Source: Microcoleus sp.
GTDB taxonomy: Bacteria > Cyanobacteriota > Cyanobacteriia > Cyanobacteriales > Microcoleaceae
Assembly (NCBI GenBank): GCA_052279835.1
Contig: CP181291.1
Location: forward strand, 1,632,001-1,696,000
Length of the DNA stretch: 64,000 nt
Direction of reading: 5' to 3'
In this document: positions 59,545-64,000 of the stretch, piece after piece
Position numbering within the stretch: position 1 is the stretch's first letter
How the letters are laid out: every line of letters starts with the position of its first letter
Translations under genes and position numbers: made by a program
Notes under the pieces: model-generated
What the model was told of the DNA's origin: nothing
Databases searched by the model: none
The model's input: the letters and a program-made list of their open reading frames with translations, nothing else

Positions 59545-61011
59545 CTAAGTTGCAGCTTTTTCTAAAATTAGCTTCGCTCGTTTAATCAATTCTGGAACCT
59601 CGATCGGATAATCGCCCGTAAAACACGCAGAACAGAAACTGTTCGTATCTTCATTAGTGGCCTTGAGCATTCCTTCCCAACTCAAGAAAGCCAAAGAGTC
59701 TACCTCAATTTGAGCGGCGATTTCAGAGACAGACTTAGTAGCAGCAATCAACTGATCTTGATTGTCGGTGTCAATGCCGTAGAAACAAGGATGAGTCACA
59801 GGTGGCGAAGAAATTCTCATGTGAACTGCGGTGGCACCAGCATCCCGCAAGGCTTTGACAATTTTGCGACTGGTAGTGCCACGGACGATGGAATCATCGA
59901 TAATGATCACCCGTTTTCCTTCCAACACATCTCGCAGAGGGTTTAGTTTCATGCGGATTCCTGACTCCCGCATGGTTTGAGTAGGCTGAATAAAAGTGCG
60001 TCCGACGTAGCGATTTTTAATCAATCCTTCCGCGTAGGGAATGCCGGAAGCTTGAGAAAAACCGATCGCCGCTGGGATTCCAGAATCAGGAACGCCGATG
60101 ACTATATCAGCATCTGCCGGAGATTCGGCGGCTAATAAACGCCCGATTCGTAGGCGATAGCTGTACAAACTTTCACCTTCCATCATGCTATCGGGTCGAG
60201 CAAAATAGATCATTTCAAAGATGCAAAGTTTGCGTTTTTGTTGCTGACTCCAGTGAAAGGAAGCCATACCTTCCTCTGTGATCCAAACTAATTCTCCCGG
60301 TTCTACGTCGCGCAAAAATTCCGCACCGATAATATCTAATCCGCAAGTTTCCGATGCCAAAACATACCGTACCGGATTTGTCGGAAGTGTGCCAATTACC
60401 AAGGGGCGCACTCCGTGGGGGTCGCGGACACCCATGACACCTTTGGGGGTGGCGATGGTCAAACTAAAGGCTCCTTGGCACATCCCAAAGGCACTGATGG
60501 CTGCTTCGAGCCAATCTTTACCCTTGTCTACCTCGGAACCGATCGCCACGGCGATCGCCTCTGAATCCGTCGTGCTCACAAACTCGCAGTTCCGAGACAG
60601 CAATTCTTCCCGCAATTCTTTGGTATTGACAAGATTCCCGTTATGTGCTAGAGCCAGACTTCCCAAACGAGTTTCGACGACCACAGGTTGAGCGTTGACA
60701 ACCCGCGACGAGCCAGTAGTAGAGTAGCGAGTATGACCTACGGCTAAATTACCGGGCAAGTGACCTAAGTTAGATTCATTGAACACTTGGGAAACCAGTC
60801 CCATGTCTTTGTGGAGGTATACTCGATCGCCATCAAAGGTGGCAATGCCTGCGGATTCCTGGCCTCGGTGCTGCAACGCATACAAACCAAAATAGGTCAA
60901 CTTGGCGACATCTTCACCAGGTGCGTAGATACCGAAAACGCCGCAAGCTTCCTCGGGCTTGTCAGGTTTGCTAGAATGCTCGTCAGCCGCGAAGGAATGG
61001 TTGGGAATCAT
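59545..61011 (-). CDS. purF: Amidophosphoribosyltransferase
   Basis: Propeptide then EEA-CGVFG, LQHRGQESAG, GHTRYST, HNGNL, IIIDDSIVRGTT, CFYGID, CSACF. Confidence 0.98.
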   Translation of the reverse strand: MIPNHSFAADEHSSKPDKPEEACGVFGIYAPGEDVAKLTYFGLYALQHRGQESAGIATFDGDRVYLHKDMGLVSQVFNESNLGHLPGNLAVGHTRYSTTGSSRVVNAQPVVVETRLGSLALAHNGNLVNTKELREELLSRNCEFVSTTDSEAIAVAIGSEVDKGKDWLEAAISAFGMCQGAFSLTIATPKGVMGVRDPHGVRPLVIGTLPTNPVRYVLASETCGLDIIGAEFLRDVEPGELVWITEEGMASFHWSQQQKRKLCIFEMIYFARPDSMMEGESLYSYRLRIGRLLAAESPADADIVIGVPDSGIPAAIGFSQASGIPYAEGLIKNRYVGRTFIQPTQTMRESGIRMKLNPLRDVLEGKRVIIIDDSIVRGTTSRKIVKALRDAGATAVHMRISSPPVTHPCFYGIDTDNQDQLIAATKSVSEIAAQIEVDSLAFLSWEGMLKATNEDTNSFCSACFTGDYPIEVPELIKRAKLILEKAAT

Positions 61012-61324
61012 AGATGGGTTGGCTCCTAATGGGAACGATGGATTAGCGGGACTATTTGTGCGGGAAGTTTTGTTTGCGAAACCGTCGCATAACTTAACAA
61101 TTCCTTAATATTGGCACGGATCGAACATTAATTTCAATTTTTTTGGCATTCTAGCAGCCACGGTGAGAGATTGAAAGGGATGGTAGTATCGATCGCCTAT
61201 ATCTTTAGATGTTATGGGAAATTACCGGAGAGCGATGGGGCGATCGCCCCCCGGTAACATCGGATACCCGCCCTCAACGACTTACGAAGCTAGTTCAGCA
61301 ATAGAATCAAAAAAAGAGGATTTA

Positions 61325-61415
61325 GGCAAAAAACCCGGTTTCTTCCACAAATATTCCCTTTTTCCATAGATGTTGATGGAGAAACCGGGTTTTTGGTCCC
61401 CGTGGGTATGTCCTG
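61325..61415. repeat. REP-like AAAAACCCGGTTTCT inverted-repeat element
   Basis: aaaaaacccggtttct...agaaaccgggttttt. Confidence 0.75.
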
Positions 61416-61450
61416 AGAAAGCCAGAAAGTGAGCATTAGCCGCCCTAAAA

Positions 61451-62863
61451 TTAGTTTTGATTAGCTAAAGAAGTCGGGGCGATCGCACTTGGTTCAACCT
61501 GTTGTTTCGATGCAGCTAACTTATCCAAAATCTCCACAACTTCTCTTTCAAAAGTCACCTGAGCCCGATTAGTCCGGCCACCAACATAAAGTTTGCCCTC
61601 TGTTTCCAAAGCCCAAATCTGGGAGTGAGACAGATAGCTCATCAGCACGCTCAACATCAGCAACCCAAAGCCAGTATAAACAATCGGAATTCCCGGATCG
61701 GCTTTAATTTGTAATCCCGTGCTACCAACAACTTCAGCAATTGTCAGCATCACTCCATTAACTTCTATAGCACTACCAGCGCGAACAGTAGTTAACAACT
61801 TGCCATCCATACCATAAACTAACATAGTTCCTTGCAAGTCTTTAGCTAACAGAGAAACACCAGCACTCAAATCAGGTTTAGTAGGAATCCAAGCGCCCCA
61901 AATCCGGCCTTTACCTTGAGTATCTAACTGAGCCATTGGTAGTTGCAAAACCGGGCTTTTGTTGAGGCGAACCCGCACAGCAGCGATCGACCAATCTGCT
62001 TGATAAAAAGTCACTCCTCGGTATCTCAGAGGCTTGTTAACATGAATAGTTTGGCGATCGACCTCTTGGCCTGCTTTATCCAAAACTGATAAGTCTGAAT
62101 AAAACTGGTCGATCGCACCGCTAGGAGTATAATCGATCCAGAACCGATTGACACGCATCGACCAATCCTTCGGTATTTGCGGCCCCGCCCAAGGTCCCGT
62201 ATCCGTGATATTCTGCACCTGAAAATTTTCACCACTCGGAACCATTTCTTGAGCCATAAAACCAGTCATCGTACCCCAAATCGCCCCAGCTAAAATAATC
62301 AGCATACTGGCGTGAACAATAATCGGGCCGATTTTACCAATTATGCCCTTACGAGCATAAACTTTCTCTCCTTCTCGAAACACCAGATATTTTTTTTTCT
62401 GCAAAAGTTCTTCTAAACAAGTTAAAGAACCAGTTCCCAACTCCGCACTCAGGGCTAATTTTTCAAACTGCTTCGGTTCTTCATAAAACTTCCACCGACG
62501 GGCGGCTTTGAGCGCCGGAAACTGTCGAGTAAAAGTACAAGCCGTCAAGCTGCTTCCGAACAAAATAAGGATTGACAAAAACCACCAAGTGCGGTATACA
62601 TGATCTAATCCTGCAATTAGTAAAACTTTCCAAGTCAGGAATCCAAAAAGAGCCGGGTGTTCTGGATAATTCGACTGATAAAAAGCCACAGATTGACCTT
62701 GCTCGACCACGGTACCAGAAATACTAAAAAAGGCAATCGCCAACAGCAAAATAATTGCCAACCGCAAATCAGCCAGCACCGGCAAAACTTCTCGCTTAAA
62801 AAACCTTTGAGGAGCAGTCGCCCATTCGGATAACTTAGATAGAAATAATTCTTTAGATGTCAT
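61451..62863 (-). CDS. ccs1: Cytochrome c biogenesis protein Ccs1/CcsB (ResB-like)
   Basis: [12 protein letters not shown]...[35 protein letters not shown]. Confidence 0.92.
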   Translation of the reverse strand: MTSKELFLSKLSEWATAPQRFFKREVLPVLADLRLAIILLLAIAFFSISGTVVEQGQSVAFYQSNYPEHPALFGFLTWKVLLIAGLDHVYRTWWFLSILILFGSSLTACTFTRQFPALKAARRWKFYEEPKQFEKLALSAELGTGSLTCLEELLQKKKYLVFREGEKVYARKGIIGKIGPIIVHASMLIILAGAIWGTMTGFMAQEMVPSGENFQVQNITDTGPWAGPQIPKDWSMRVNRFWIDYTPSGAIDQFYSDLSVLDKAGQEVDRQTIHVNKPLRYRGVTFYQADWSIAAVRVRLNKSPVLQLPMAQLDTQGKGRIWGAWIPTKPDLSAGVSLLAKDLQGTMLVYGMDGKLLTTVRAGSAIEVNGVMLTIAEVVGSTGLQIKADPGIPIVYTGFGLLMLSVLMSYLSHSQIWALETEGKLYVGGRTNRAQVTFEREVVEILDKLAASKQQVEPSAIAPTSLANQN

Positions 62864-63075
62864 TGGTAATTGGTAATAGGTAATTTTTAGCTAACGCACC
62901 TCAACTACTTGAGAACCGCTAGATCATGTTGCTCAGACAACTCTATCAACTTAGACTCCCTTCTCTTTCCTTTCTTCCTTCGTGTTCTTCGCGCCTTCGC
63001 GGTTCGTAAAAAAATCACCAACACCGTCGCGATCGGTATATGTTGAAACCCTAGGTTAAGTCCTGACTACAAAAC

Positions 63076-63807
63076 TCAAGCAGGAAGTAAGCGAGAAAGC
63101 AGAGAAAAAACGCCAAATCCTACCAACAAAATACCACTAACAGGCGTAATCCAACTAGACCAACGGCGCAATTCCAACAACTTTTTAATACTCGCAGTAA
63201 AAGTCCCTGCTATAATCAAAGGAGCCACATAGCCCGCAGCATAAAACAGTAACAAAACACCACCTAAAAACGTATCTCCAGTCTTGGAAACCCAAGCTAA
63301 GAGGGTAGCCAAAACAGGAGTGCTGCACGGAGAGGCCACCAAACCAAAACTTAAGCCCAATAAGTACGATCGCACTCCAGCGGGCAAATTCTTCGGAACC
63401 AAAGCCACAGCGTCAAAAGAGGGCATTTGCAAAGGTAAAGCTTCCAGTAAATTCAGCCCCATTAAAATAGCAATAATGCTAACCACGATCGGCAAACCTA
63501 TGCCTATTTTGCCATAAACCTGCCCAGCAAAGGAAGCTAAAATACCCAAACCAGCAAGAGTTGTCGCCAATCCAAGGGAAAACCAAGCCGACTGAGTAGC
63601 AGCTTGGAGACGACTTTTGGCTTCGTAGCCGCCGATATAGCCGATGGTAATCGGCAACATGGAAAGCATACAGGGAGTTAAGCTCGTTAGCAACCCAGCC
63701 AAAAAGATGACTCCGACGCTAACGAAACTGAGGTGTGTAAGTTGAGAGTTGACTAAAGTATTAGCAAATTGTGCTAGTTCGTAAATTTTGTTTTGCAGGG
63801 TTTCCAT
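63076..63807 (-). CDS. ccdA: Cytochrome c biogenesis thiol-disulfide transporter CcdA
   Basis: SLTPCMLSMLP and ASPCSTPVL Cys pair. Confidence 0.93.
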   Translation of the reverse strand: METLQNKIYELAQFANTLVNSQLTHLSFVSVGVIFLAGLLTSLTPCMLSMLPITIGYIGGYEAKSRLQAATQSAWFSLGLATTLAGLGILASFAGQVYGKIGIGLPIVVSIIAILMGLNLLEALPLQMPSFDAVALVPKNLPAGVRSYLLGLSFGLVASPCSTPVLATLLAWVSKTGDTFLGGVLLLFYAAGYVAPLIIAGTFTASIKKLLELRRWSSWITPVSGILLVGFGVFSLLSRLLPA

Positions 63808-64000
63808 TACGAGTATTTGGTGCTGTTCTGGCTCTATTTAAAATAGTAACAGATAGGGTGTACTTCGGTTAAAAAATATAAACTTTAGTTAAATTGATTG
63901 ACTACCTAACAGAAAAAAAGTAGACCGCACCCCAAAAAAGTGGCACTGGTAGCTTGGTTATTATCGACATTAATCAAAGGAGCTAGACTTGAAATTAATC

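Overview
Chromosomal window from a filamentous cyanobacterium, most likely Oscillatoriales/Microcoleaceae (inference from dense HIP1 GCGATCGC octamers, heptamer STRR arrays, and chlL/chlN, nblR, ycf66, ccs1/ccdA). About 50 genes. Housekeeping blocks: chlL-DUF5331-chlN, rbsK/nblR/TIGR01777, lgt-cobM, cobQ, rplY-purA/add, folD...crtE-DUF212, desB, purF, ccdA-ccs1. Accessory blocks: xisH/xisI; a partner-switching plus exopolysaccharide cluster; a GT2-deacetylase-DUF2079 envelope cassette; a small decaying island (internally deleted DUF5678 protease, Zn-finger/PD-(D/E)XK protein, nonsense-broken orphan hicB); a solo tnpB element with a rearranged RuvC site; a 329-bp tandem duplication; and a 4-gene insertion between folD and crtE. 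The best candidate for a poorly described system is at 37.5-43.6 kb. There a DUF4331-TPR-RcnA/NiCoT-like exported module is divergent from an ECF sigma/cupin anti-sigma pair, with an RpoE/ChrR-type promoter (GATCC-N16-CGTA) facing the module and predicted N-terminal metal-binding motifs on two exported proteins. Small indels break lgt, desB and the tnpB tail and may be sequencing errors. No rRNA, tRNA or CRISPR array was seen. All family assignments come from motif recognition by eye; no database search was run.
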